Assembly: GCA_002840305.1 (NCBI GenBank)
Contig: PHAI01000003.1
Coordinates: 6,908 to 70,907, forward strand
Source of the DNA: Candidatus Falkowbacteria bacterium HGW-Falkowbacteria-1
GTDB taxonomy: Bacteria > Patescibacteriota > Patescibacteriia > Patescibacteriales > UBA12465
Direction of reading: 5' to 3'
Length of the DNA stretch: 64,000 bases
In this document: positions 1 to 8,773 of the stretch, piece by piece
Layout of the letters: every line of letters begins with the position of its first letter
Position numbering within the stretch: position 1 is the stretch's first letter
The notes under the pieces: generated by a model
Seen by the model: only the letters and a program-made list of their open reading frames with translations
What the model was told of the DNA's origin: nothing
Database searches by the model: none
Translations under genes and position numbers: made by a program

Positions 1-329
1 GAGAAAATTTCTTCAAAGCGACTGATGATAACCCTATATATAGCCTGGGCCTTTACTCTTTCTTTTATGCTATATATGAATATTTCTCTATTTTTATCCG
101 GATTGCTCTTTTTGGGAATAAAAATATTTAAAGCTGGATCAATTTCCTTAAAACTTTTTATTTCTTCTATAATCTGCCAAATCAAATCGTTTAAAGTAAG
201 ATCAAAAGAAGGGATGTTCAAGCCATCCAATCCACTGTAAACATTATTTTTACCATCAAGATAAAAACCGCTCAAAACCTCGAGATAGGCTTCTTTTATG
301 TTTTTTGCTGATGTTATTTTATCAAACAT
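1..329 (-). CDS. Reverse transcriptase, N-terminal 109 aa only (gene runs off the left edge of the window)
   Basis: Absent from the supplied ORF track because it is truncated. Manual minus-strand translation from the ATG at 329..327 gives MFDKITSAKNIKEAYLEVLSGFYLDGKNNVYSGLDGLNIPSFDLTLNDLIWQIIEEIKSFKEIDPALNIFIPKKSNPDKNREIFIYSIKERVKAQAIYRVIISRFEEIF, with no stop before position 1. The GxDG segment followed by IPKK..R.I....KERVxAQA...FE resembles RT motifs 0 and 1 of group-II-like, DGR and defence RTs. The catalytic YxDD motif would lie outside the window. Confidence 0.6.
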   Translation of the reverse strand, partial: MFDKITSAKNIKEAYLEVLSGFYLDGKNNVYSGLDGLNIPSFDLTLNDLIWQIIEEIKSFKEIDPALNIFIPKKSNPDKNREIFIYSIKERVKAQAIYRVIISRFEEIF

Positions 330-338
330 TGAAATAAT

Positions 339-508
339 AAAAATTACCCTCAATATTCTCAGCGACAAAAATCACCAAGAATTAATTATAATTTTAATTG
401 ATACCCCCTCCACTTAATCGTGACATAACCAATTTTCATATCCGGTATTATCGGAATAGACAAAATAATTGATTTTTAATACCTAAAAAAGTTTTGAGGG
501 TAATTTTT
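339..508 (-). repeat. 15-bp perfect inverted repeat bracketing ~140 nt of non-coding sequence directly upstream of the RT start (candidate structured ncRNA or leader)
   Basis: aaaaattaccctcaa at 339-353 is the exact reverse complement of ttgagggtaattttt at 494-508. The proximal arm ends 10 nt before the RT ATG. All six frames of the enclosed segment contain stops. Confidence 0.7.
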
Positions 509-523
509 TAATTATCTGATTAG

Positions 524-552
524 ATTATAATAATAAGTAAGCAAAAAGTCAA
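524..552 (-). promoter_or_regulatory. Sigma70-type consensus promoter driving the IR-bracketed segment and the RT gene
   Basis: The minus strand reads TTGACT (552..547), a 17-nt spacer, then TATAAT (529..524). The predicted start lies ~10 nt upstream of the distal IR arm. Confidence 0.6.
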
Positions 553-617
553 AAAACAAGAATGTAATTTAGAATTAATTTAATATACTTTTAAAAACTT
601 TACTTTATAATTTCCGG

Positions 618-1481
618 ATGAAGCTCAATTGTAAGAAGAATAAAATAATACTTTTTGTCTCTACGTTATCGTTGTTATGCGTTTATTTTTTTTGGTCTTA
701 CTATTCATTTAGAGAAAATAGAAATTTAAAAGTTTATTTCCTCGACGTTGGGCAAGGCGACGCAATTTTTATCCAAACCCCCAATAAACAAAATATTATC
801 ATTGACATGGGAAGCGAAAAAGGAGTGAAAGAATTAAATAAAATAATTCCCTGGTGGAGCAAAAACATAGATATGGCAATTATAACTCACCCCCACGACG
901 ATCATATCGCTGGCTTTCCCTTACTCATCAAAAAATATAAAATAAAAAAAATAATCTTTACTGGGGCATCCTATTCTTCACCTCTATACCAAGAAGTGCT
1001 TAAAATTATTGATGAAAAAAATTTAAACCTGTTGATTCCTCAACCCGAACAAAATATAAAGATTGACGAAAATTGTTATTTAAAATTTCTATTCCCAATC
1101 GATAGCATGGCCGGGAAAGAAATGGAAAGCTTAAATAATTCCTCAATTGTTATTCAGCTTATATGTAAAAATTCAATATTTTTATTCACTGGGGACGCCG
1201 AAGAAGAAATTGAAAAGAAAATATTAGAAAAAAATTATGATTTAAAAAGCGACGTTTTAAAAGTTGGGCATCACGGATCAATTAGTTCTACTAATCAAGA
1301 ATTTCTAAACAAAATTGATCCAAAAATAGCCATAATAATGGTTGGAAAAAATAATAAATTTAATCACCCCAGCCTTAGAACAATTAATAAGCTAAAAAAA
1401 ATCGGAGCAGAAACCTTCCGCACCGATCTAAACGGTAATATTTTGATAATAAGCAATGGCGAGAAAATATACAAAAAATAA
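618..1481 (+). CDS. ComEC/Rec2-related metallo-beta-lactamase domain protein with an N-terminal membrane anchor (MBL domain only, no competence channel domain)
   Basis: Diagnostic segments are VYFLDVGQGDAIFIQTP, ITHPHDDHIAGF, LKVGHHGS and FNHP. A single hydrophobic helix sits at residues ~10-28. Confidence 0.85.
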   Translation: MKLNCKKNKIILFVSTLSLLCVYFFWSYYSFRENRNLKVYFLDVGQGDAIFIQTPNKQNIIIDMGSEKGVKELNKIIPWWSKNIDMAIITHPHDDHIAGFPLLIKKYKIKKIIFTGASYSSPLYQEVLKIIDEKNLNLLIPQPEQNIKIDENCYLKFLFPIDSMAGKEMESLNNSSIVIQLICKNSIFLFTGDAEEEIEKKILEKNYDLKSDVLKVGHHGSISSTNQEFLNKIDPKIAIIMVGKNNKFNHPSLRTINKLKKIGAETFRTDLNGNILIISNGEKIYKK

Positions 1482-1484
1482 ATA

Positions 1485-2765
1485 CTAACTAGAAAATATT
1501 TTGTTTGATAATAAATTTTTGGCCGTATCAACACTAATGACTCCCCTGTTTGCCAGATCTTTGATACTTCTCTCGAAGCTAATCATGCCTTCGCTAGATT
1601 GAGTTTCTAGAACGCTTTTTATCTGCGCTATTTTTTGTTCTCTTATTAAATTAGAAACAGCTGAATTATTAAGCAATACCTCTCTTACTGCCACTCTTCC
1701 ACCGTTAGTATCTGGGACTAAAACCTGTGAAATAACGGCTGACAAAATTAAAGACAACTGAGACTTGATTTGATTTTGTTGGTGTGGTGGAAAAATATCA
1801 ATAATTCTATCTATAGTTTGAGAAGCGCTACAAGTATGGAGCGTTGCTAAAACCAAATGACCGGTTTCGGCTAAGGTTACAGCCGTTGAAATAGTTTCCA
1901 AATCTCTCATTTCTCCAACCATGATAACATTTGGATCTTGCCTTAAGACATAGCGCAACCCACTCGCAAAAGACGGCATATCAGTTCCTAATTGTCTTTG
2001 ACTAATAATACTCTTTTTAGGACTAAAAACAAATTCTATGGGATCTTCGAACGTTATTATATTACAACTTCTATGACTATTTATATAATCTACCATAGCG
2101 GCTAAAGAGGTAGACTTTCCAGAGCCAGTTGGCCCAGTCAAAAGAATTAATCCTTGACTTAAATTTAATAAATCATAAACACGCCTAGGCATGTCCAACC
2201 CCTCCATCGTAGGAAGGTCTTCTTTGATAATTCTAGCTGTCATTTTTATATTTCCCTTCTCAAAAGATAGGTTGGTTCTAAATCTGAAATTTTCAAATTG
2301 ATAAGAAAAATCCAAATCTTTCTTTCTGTAAAATCTTTCTAATTGTTCGGCACCCAAAATATGTTTAATGGCTATTTGTAATTGCTTATTGGTAACTACT
2401 CTCAAGTCATAGGACTCCAACACGGAGTTAATCGAAGACGAAGGTTTCTTTAGGCTGTCACCGCTTACCAACTCATCATCTTCTGATAAAAAATATTTAT
2501 CAACGGAGTTACCAGTGTCTTCATAAGAGTCTTCGGCGACAGCATTAATTAATCCCTCCTGATTCAGAGTCGACTCAAGATTGTTGCTTTGTTCAAAACC
2601 GGGAATAGAAAAATTAGCATTATCTTTGAAGCCAGATTCGGGAATAAATTTATCAATAGAAACAAGAGTCCCATTTATTCTAATTATCGGACTCAAACCA
2701 TTCATTAAATGGATGTCAGAAGCCCCCTGGCTTACTGCAATTCTAAAAATTTCTTTTATATCCAT
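1485..2765 (-). CDS. pilT: Type IV pilus retraction ATPase PilT-like, with a ~90-aa acidic/Ser-rich insertion
   Basis: The N-terminus has ASDIHL..G..P..RINGTL. It carries Walker A GPTGSGKST, Asp box ITFEDPIEF, LRQDPNVIMVGEMRD and His box TGHLVLATLHT. Confidence 0.85.
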   Translation of the reverse strand: MDIKEIFRIAVSQGASDIHLMNGLSPIIRINGTLVSIDKFIPESGFKDNANFSIPGFEQSNNLESTLNQEGLINAVAEDSYEDTGNSVDKYFLSEDDELVSGDSLKKPSSSINSVLESYDLRVVTNKQLQIAIKHILGAEQLERFYRKKDLDFSYQFENFRFRTNLSFEKGNIKMTARIIKEDLPTMEGLDMPRRVYDLLNLSQGLILLTGPTGSGKSTSLAAMVDYINSHRSCNIITFEDPIEFVFSPKKSIISQRQLGTDMPSFASGLRYVLRQDPNVIMVGEMRDLETISTAVTLAETGHLVLATLHTCSASQTIDRIIDIFPPHQQNQIKSQLSLILSAVISQVLVPDTNGGRVAVREVLLNNSAVSNLIREQKIAQIKSVLETQSSEGMISFERSIKDLANRGVISVDTAKNLLSNKIFSS

Positions 2766-2778
2766 ATAGGTATATTGA

Positions 2779-3471
2779 TTACCAATTTTTTAATGTTAAG
2801 CCTTTTTCAGCGGCGTCAACTTGCGCTTCTTGCTTAGAACTACCAAATCCCATTGAAACCATTTCTTCTTCTAAAAACAAACCAACTGTAAATTTTTTAT
2901 CATGATCAGGACCCTCTTCTTTTAAAACCTTATAAACAGGGGTAATGCTGGCCTTTTCTTGTGATGATTCTTGAAATCTCGACTTGGGGTCCAAATAAGA
3001 TTTACTCTCTATTATATCTTTTAAATTAAAGACTATATTTTTAAACACGAAATCTTTTGATTTTTCGATACCTTGATCAAGATAAATGGCCCCTATTATA
3101 GCTTCGATCGAATTAGCCAAAATATATTGACGAGCTTTTGAATTTTTATCCTTGGCCTCGCCCTTAGAGAGGAGAATAAATTCTTCTACTCCCAAATCTT
3201 TAGCAACTTGATAAAGCATTTTAGAATTAACCAAGCTAGCTCGCCAATTAGTTAAGTCACCCTCTGGATTATTTGGGAAGTTTATAAAAAGATATTCTGT
3301 TATAATTATTTCGAGTACCGCATCTCCTAAAAACTCCAACCTCTCATTATGACCAAGATGAAAATCATGGTTCTCATTCAAATAAGATCTATGTATAAGA
3401 GCTTGCTGCAGTAAATTTTTGTTATCAAAAAAAACACCAATTTTCTCTTCCAAATCTTTTAGCTTTGACAT
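2779..3471 (-). CDS. rnc: Ribonuclease III
   Basis: The signature NERLEFLGDAVLE is present, with a C-terminal dsRBD (GPDHDKKF...GSSKQEAQVDAAEKGL). Confidence 0.95.
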   Translation of the reverse strand: MSKLKDLEEKIGVFFDNKNLLQQALIHRSYLNENHDFHLGHNERLEFLGDAVLEIIITEYLFINFPNNPEGDLTNWRASLVNSKMLYQVAKDLGVEEFILLSKGEAKDKNSKARQYILANSIEAIIGAIYLDQGIEKSKDFVFKNIVFNLKDIIESKSYLDPKSRFQESSQEKASITPVYKVLKEEGPDHDKKFTVGLFLEEEMVSMGFGSSKQEAQVDAAEKGLTLKNW

Positions 3472-3606
3472 AAAAAGAAAATTATAAATTTCAAATTTTA
3501 ACTAATTATTTTCTATTGTTAAAAAATAAACAAATTATACTTTAACAAAATTTAAAATTTGGAACTTATAATTTAAAATTAAAATATTAATAAAAATCTT
3601 AAAAAT

Positions 3607-4113
3607 TTATTTCTCCTCGCTCGCCACAACTGACTCTTCTTCTTTGTTTTCTTTTTTGTTCTCTTTTTTCTCAGAATTTTTCTCTCTCTTTAACTTTTCC
3701 TCTTCTGGCATATTTGAATAAACTGCGCCCAAAACTCCATTTATAAATTTTCCCGAAGCTTCTCCCCCAAAATTTTTAGCGACCTCAATAGCTTCATTAA
3801 TAGCAACTTTAGGGGGGACGCTAGAACCAACTGCCAGTTCATAAATACCCAAACGCAAAACATTTCTGTCCACAATGCTTATCTGTTCTATAGGCCATTC
3901 TGTTGCATATTTTTTTATATAAGAATCTATAAGCTCAATATTTTCAAGAACGCCATTGGCCAAAGAACTAGTAAATCCTTGATCATCAAAATCTGGAGCA
4001 AAATCATCAAAATTTTTGCTAATCACTTCTCCGATATTTTTTCGACCATCATTAAAATCCCACTCAAACAAAGACTGTATAGCGATTGTCCTTGATAAAT
4101 GCCTGTTAGCCAT
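3607..4113 (-). CDS. nusB: Transcription antitermination factor NusB with a K/E-rich C-terminal tail
   Basis: [20 protein letters not shown]... and [13 protein letters not shown]...[17 protein letters not shown] are typical of NusB. The start was moved to the internal Met at 4113 (track ORF starts at 4143). Confidence 0.85.
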   Translation of the reverse strand: MANRHLSRTIAIQSLFEWDFNDGRKNIGEVISKNFDDFAPDFDDQGFTSSLANGVLENIELIDSYIKKYATEWPIEQISIVDRNVLRLGIYELAVGSSVPPKVAINEAIEVAKNFGGEASGKFINGVLGAVYSNMPEEEKLKREKNSEKKENKKENKEEESVVASEEK

Positions 4114-4164
4114 AAGATTATCTTTAATTAAAACAAAGCACAAAAGTGCTTTATTTTTTATATT

Positions 4165-4362
4165 TTATTTCTTGTTTTTTACCTTATTTTCAACTTTTAA
4201 AACAGCTTTGCCCTTGTAAGTTCCACAGAAAGAACAGGCAATATGCGGCCTTACTGCTTGACCACATTTTGGACAAGAACCTAAGGTTTGTTTTTTTAAA
4301 GAATGGTGAGATCTTTGCTGTTTAGTAGATGAACTCGTTTTTCTCTTTTTTGGTACTGACAT
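4165..4362 (-). CDS. rpmF: 50S ribosomal protein L32
   Basis: The sequence is MSVPKKRKTSSSTKQQRSHHSL...CPKCGQ...HIACSFCGTYKGK, with the zinc-ribbon type CxxC...CxxC. Confidence 0.9.
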   Translation of the reverse strand: MSVPKKRKTSSSTKQQRSHHSLKKQTLGSCPKCGQAVRPHIACSFCGTYKGKAVLKVENKVKNKK

Positions 4363-4450
4363 AAATATGTTTAGTAAATTTATAAATTTAAATTTCTGAT
4401 TTTATATTATATTTTATAAAATTATTTGTCAATAAGAATGAATTCTAAAA

Positions 4451-6745
4451 CTACCTATAAATCAATATATTATGAAAACCAACGGCTATGGCCAACTCCG
4501 CATTAAATGAGATATCGATAGCTGACCATTGAGAAGCTTTGGCGGAAGAATCTACTGTCCACGAATCACCGAAGTCATCGGATACAAAGACTTCGCCATG
4601 AGACAATGCCATCATCTTTGATCCATCACCAGAAACAGAACAATAATACAACTCATTAATGTCCAAAGCATCGGAAGTGGTCCAACTCTCGCCGTAATCA
4701 TTTGAAATTTTAAGAGAGGTTCCAGCAGTAACCAAAATTCTTTGTCCATTATCAGACATCCCCACCCTGGCCATATTGGTATTTATTTGTCCGGCCGAAG
4801 TTTTAGCTTCCCAGGTTTGACCAAAGTCATTTGATATATAAACATAATCCCATCTAGCAACCGTTACCAGCGTTTGTCCGTTGGATGAAGACGCTATAGA
4901 AAACCACTCTCTTGAACCAACATCGGAATTTTCTGTCCAGTTTTGCCCATAGTCGGAAGAGGTATAAATATATCCGTTATAAACAACAGCCGCCAACTTA
5001 CTGCCATCAGCCGAAGAAGACACAGAGTACCAATTTCTTATCCCGGAAGAACTTTGTTCTGTCCAAGTTTGGCCTGAATCTGAAGACGTATAAATATAAC
5101 CACCTTCAACCACGGCTGATAAATAAGTTCCATCATCGGAAGAGCTTATGCCACGCCAATTTCTAGAACCAGCCGAAAATCTTTGAATCCAGGTTTCGCC
5201 ATAATCCGATGAAGTATAAATATATCCATTATAAACAGACGCCACTAATTTTTGCCCACTGCCAGAGGAAGAGGCAGTAAGCCAGGCTTTTCCGCCCACA
5301 TCCAATTTTTCTGACCAAGACTGACCAGCATCAGCGGAAACATTAATATATCCAGCGGTAGAAAAAATTTTTTGTCCATCATCAGAAAAGGCCACGCTAT
5401 TCCAGGCTCTAGTCCCGGTTGAAGTTTGAGCTGTCCAGGTTTGTCCATAATCGGAAGAAGTATAGGCATAATTATTATAAACCACAGCCACCATTCTTTG
5501 TCCATCATCAGAACAATCAACCGATCGCCAGGCTCTTGAAGATGCTCTCTGCGTCCAACTTCCACCAAAGTCATTTGAGACATAAATATATCCAGTAGAG
5601 GCCACTGCTACCAGTATTTGCCCGTTAGCCGAGGAGGCTATTGATCTCCAACCCCTGGATCCAGCCGAAACTCTTTCTGTCCAGTTTTGACCATAATCCG
5701 AAGAAGTATATATATAACCATAATTTTCAACAGCTGCTAAATTTTGTCCATCGGATGAAGAAGCTACTGAAAACCAAACCCTAGCACCAGAAGAAATTTG
5801 TTCAGTCCATGTCTGACCGTAGTCAGAAGATGTGTAGAGATAACCACCATTATAATCATTTTGATCAGCGGCCACCAGTCTCTGCCCATCGGATGAAGAA
5901 GCGACGGCGTACCAAAATCTTTTTCCAGCAGAAGTTTGTGCCGTCCAAGTTTGACCTGAATCAGAAGAAGTATGAATATAGCCACCACTATCAGTACCAT
6001 TATCAACCACGGCCAATCTCTGACCATCGGCCGAGGAAACAATTGAATACCAATAACCAAAGCCAATGGAACTATTTTCTGTCCAAGTTTGACCAGAATC
6101 AAAAGACCTATAAATATACCCACCACTAGGAGCGGCATACACTTTTGTACCGTCAGATGATGAGTTTATTGAACTCCAACCAAAATATGGCCAAGCCGGT
6201 CCGGACACATCTGAGCTAGCGACAATCCTCCAAGATTTTTCCTCTTCCTCGGCTTGATTCTCTTGATTACTATCAAAAGCAATTATTCCTCCGGGGGTCA
6301 TTTGTTTTGCTCCTTCTGGCATGTCTGATATTTGTTTGCCTGTACAGAAGTCTATGGTGTAACTAGCTCCACTATTTTGGGGTGTGTAGGTGTAAGTATT
6401 AGAAGCGGACAAACAGTCTCCGTCGGCAGGAGATGGAGCAATAGGAATGTTGTACATAAATACTTCTCCCGTAGAAGAAGATACTATAGAACCGCTTTCC
6501 CACTCTTCTGTCGTTGGATATCTACCATTTTCATTATAAAATAATTCTAAAGCGGTTTGAGTTTGTTTCATATCAGCTAAGCGCTTGCTATCGCGAGCTC
6601 TAGATCTGGCTTGTTGAAGGGCTACCACAGCTAAAGTAGCAAGAATTCCTATAATGGCTATTACTACTAATAATTCGATTAACGTAAAGCCACGTAAAAA
6701 CGCTTCGCGTTCACGTGGCAAGGCTTTTTGTTTTATTTTAAACAT
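4451..6745 (-). CDS. Type IV pilin-like protein (prepilin N-terminal methylation motif) fused to ~13 BNR/Asp-box repeats (beta-propeller)
   Basis: The leader ends ...[28 protein letters not shown]. It is followed by 13 copies of a ~43-aa unit containing SxDxGxTW (for example [14 protein letters not shown]). Confidence 0.8.
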   Translation of the reverse strand: MFKIKQKALPREREAFLRGFTLIELLVVIAIIGILATLAVVALQQARSRARDSKRLADMKQTQTALELFYNENGRYPTTEEWESGSIVSSSTGEVFMYNIPIAPSPADGDCLSASNTYTYTPQNSGASYTIDFCTGKQISDMPEGAKQMTPGGIIAFDSNQENQAEEEEKSWRIVASSDVSGPAWPYFGWSSINSSSDGTKVYAAPSGGYIYRSFDSGQTWTENSSIGFGYWYSIVSSADGQRLAVVDNGTDSGGYIHTSSDSGQTWTAQTSAGKRFWYAVASSSDGQRLVAADQNDYNGGYLYTSSDYGQTWTEQISSGARVWFSVASSSDGQNLAAVENYGYIYTSSDYGQNWTERVSAGSRGWRSIASSANGQILVAVASTGYIYVSNDFGGSWTQRASSRAWRSVDCSDDGQRMVAVVYNNYAYTSSDYGQTWTAQTSTGTRAWNSVAFSDDGQKIFSTAGYINVSADAGQSWSEKLDVGGKAWLTASSSGSGQKLVASVYNGYIYTSSDYGETWIQRFSAGSRNWRGISSSDDGTYLSAVVEGGYIYTSSDSGQTWTEQSSSGIRNWYSVSSSADGSKLAAVVYNGYIYTSSDYGQNWTENSDVGSREWFSIASSSNGQTLVTVARWDYVYISNDFGQTWEAKTSAGQINTNMARVGMSDNGQRILVTAGTSLKISNDYGESWTTSDALDINELYYCSVSGDGSKMMALSHGEVFVSDDFGDSWTVDSSAKASQWSAIDISFNAELAIAVGFHNILIYR

Positions 6746-6823
6746 AATTTTATAATTTAATTAATCATATTTATATATCTTTATTATAACAAAAAACCAA
6801 AAGAAAGACGCCTGCTAATTTTT

Positions 6824-8644
6824 TTATTTTTTGAACTCAACTATTCTTTCAAATTCATCTTTTTCGATTGTTTCCTTTTCCATCAAAACCTCGACTATCT
6901 TCTCCAAATAATTATTTTTTTCTTCCAATATTTTTTCTGCCCTCTTCTTCGAAATTTCAATAAAATTGGAAACTTCTTCATCGATTTGCTCGGCTACTTT
7001 TTCGCTATAATCGCGTTGTTCATGAATCTCTCTACCTAAAAAGATCATTTCTTCCTTCTCACCAAAAGTACGTGGCCCAAGTTTATCGCTCATTCCATAA
7101 TCGGTAATCAATCTTTTGGCGATACTCGTGGCCCTTCTTAAATCAGAAGTAGCGCCGGTTGTAACTTCTCCAAAAATCTTCTTTTCAGTTAAATGCCCAG
7201 CTAACAAAACTGCTATTTCGTCTAAGAAATAGTCCTTGCTATACATTCTCTTGTCAGCTGAAGGAAGTTTCAACGTATAACCTCCCGCCTGACCACGGGC
7301 AATAATAGAAATTTTGTGCACTGGATCGGTATTGGGTGAAAAATGAGCCACCAAGGCATGCCCAGCTTCATGATAAGCTGTAATCTTTTTTTCTTGATCG
7401 CTAATAACCCTACCTTTCCTTTCTGGGCCCATCATAACCTTTTCAATGGCTTCAAATAAATCTTCAGTATTTATAATTTTTTTGTTTTGTCTGGCCGCAA
7501 AGATCGCCGCTTCATTTAGAACATTGGCCAAATCAGCTCCGCTAAATCCCGGTGTTCTTTCGGCTATTAGTCTAATGCTTACATCTTTAGCTAAGGGCTT
7601 CTTTTTAACATGTACATTCAATATCTCCTCTCTATCTTTTAAGTCTGGTAAATCAATGACTACTTGACGATCAAATCTGCCGGGTCGAAGTAATGCTGGA
7701 TCTAAAACATCAGGACGATTAGTAGCGGCCACAACAATAATATTGACAGTTGGATCGAAGCCATCCATTTCAACTAATATTTGATTTAAAGTTTGTTCTC
7801 TTTCATCGTGAGATCCGCCCAAACCGGCCCCTCTTCTTCTGCCGACAGCATCAATTTCATCTATAAAAACTATGCAAGGTGAATTTTTCTTAGCTTTTTG
7901 AAAAAGAGATCTTACCCTAGAAGCACCAACTCCGACAAACATTTCTACAAATTCAGAACCAGAGATACTATAAAAAGGAACATTAGCTTCCCCCGCAACA
8001 GCCTTGGCCATTAAGGTTTTGCCGGTTCCCGGGCTACCCAAAAGTAAAACTCCTTTTGGAATTTTTGCTCCTAATTCATGAAATTTTTTAGGAAATTTCA
8101 AAAAATCAACTATCTCACTTAATTCCTGCTTAGCTTCTTTTGCCCCAGCGACGTCTTTAAAGGTCGTTTTATTTTTTTGATTATTGTCAAATTCTCTAGC
8201 CTGAGATTGACCGAACATCATAGCTTTGGAGTTGGCGCCGGAAACGCCTTTCATCATGAAATAAATAAAAACCACAACCAAAATAAAAGGTATTAAAAAT
8301 GGTAAAACTGACATCAAAACAACTTTGAAGCCATCATCCTCTTTGATGCTAATGTCCATTTTAGAAATCTTTTCAGAAGGAACTGAAAAATTGCTTAGCA
8401 AACTAGAAAGTGACTCCCCTTCTTCTTTTTTGACATTTTTTTTGTCCCCTGATTCCAAGACTATATTTAATTGATTGCCACTAACAGAAACGCTACTCAC
8501 TTTCTCGTCATTTATAAGAGAGATAAAGCTATTGATACCAATGGTTTCCGGGCTAACCGTTTTTTCTGAAAAAATACTAAACAAACTAGCAATAACTAAA
8601 AAAATAAATAAAAAAACTAAAAAATTTTTGGTCAATGATTTCAT
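6824..8644 (-). CDS. ftsH: ATP-dependent zinc metalloprotease FtsH
   Basis: There are two N-terminal TM helices. Motifs present are Walker A GSPGTGKT, Walker [32 protein letters not shown] and the zinc site HEAGHAL. Confidence 0.97.
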   Translation of the reverse strand: MKSLTKNFLVFLFIFLVIASLFSIFSEKTVSPETIGINSFISLINDEKVSSVSVSGNQLNIVLESGDKKNVKKEEGESLSSLLSNFSVPSEKISKMDISIKEDDGFKVVLMSVLPFLIPFILVVVFIYFMMKGVSGANSKAMMFGQSQAREFDNNQKNKTTFKDVAGAKEAKQELSEIVDFLKFPKKFHELGAKIPKGVLLLGSPGTGKTLMAKAVAGEANVPFYSISGSEFVEMFVGVGASRVRSLFQKAKKNSPCIVFIDEIDAVGRRRGAGLGGSHDEREQTLNQILVEMDGFDPTVNIIVVAATNRPDVLDPALLRPGRFDRQVVIDLPDLKDREEILNVHVKKKPLAKDVSIRLIAERTPGFSGADLANVLNEAAIFAARQNKKIINTEDLFEAIEKVMMGPERKGRVISDQEKKITAYHEAGHALVAHFSPNTDPVHKISIIARGQAGGYTLKLPSADKRMYSKDYFLDEIAVLLAGHLTEKKIFGEVTTGATSDLRRATSIAKRLITDYGMSDKLGPRTFGEKEEMIFLGREIHEQRDYSEKVAEQIDEEVSNFIEISKKRAEKILEEKNNYLEKIVEVLMEKETIEKDEFERIVEFKK

Positions 8645-8732
8645 ATTATATAAAAATTTAATAAATTAAAAAAATTCGATAAAAATCGCTTATTTTTATT
8701 ATATAATATTTTTATTTTTAAAACAAATGTAT

Positions 8733-8767
8733 ACAAAAAAAGACGAAGTGTTTCTTCGTCTTTTTTG
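8733..8767 (-). terminator. Rho-independent terminator after rpsA (hairpin usable in both directions)
   Basis: The stem aaagacgaag / cttcgtcttt has a 5-nt loop and is flanked by an A-run upstream and a T-run downstream on the plus strand. Confidence 0.85.
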
Positions 8768-8773
8768 TCAGTA

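Noticed and set aside
354-493. A DRT2-style template that yields a stop-free concatemeric ORF after rolling-circle reverse transcription.
   Set aside because: I translated all six frames of the IR-bracketed segment by hand and each hits a stop within ~60 nt. The 140-nt length is also not a multiple of 3.
1-1000. The RT as the ORF of a group II intron.
   Set aside because: Only ~290 nt separate the RT start from an intact, oppositely oriented ComEC-type gene, which is too short for intron domains I-III. I saw no GUGYG-like 5' end in 330-617 on the minus strand.
4912-6544. Antisense or alternate-frame ORFs inside the 764-aa pilin gene (4912..5166, 5245..5583, 5764..6138, 5809..6129, 6332..6544).
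   Set aside because: They lie within a gene with clear motif periodicity. The repeats propagate open frames on both strands, and their peptides are low-complexity with no motifs.
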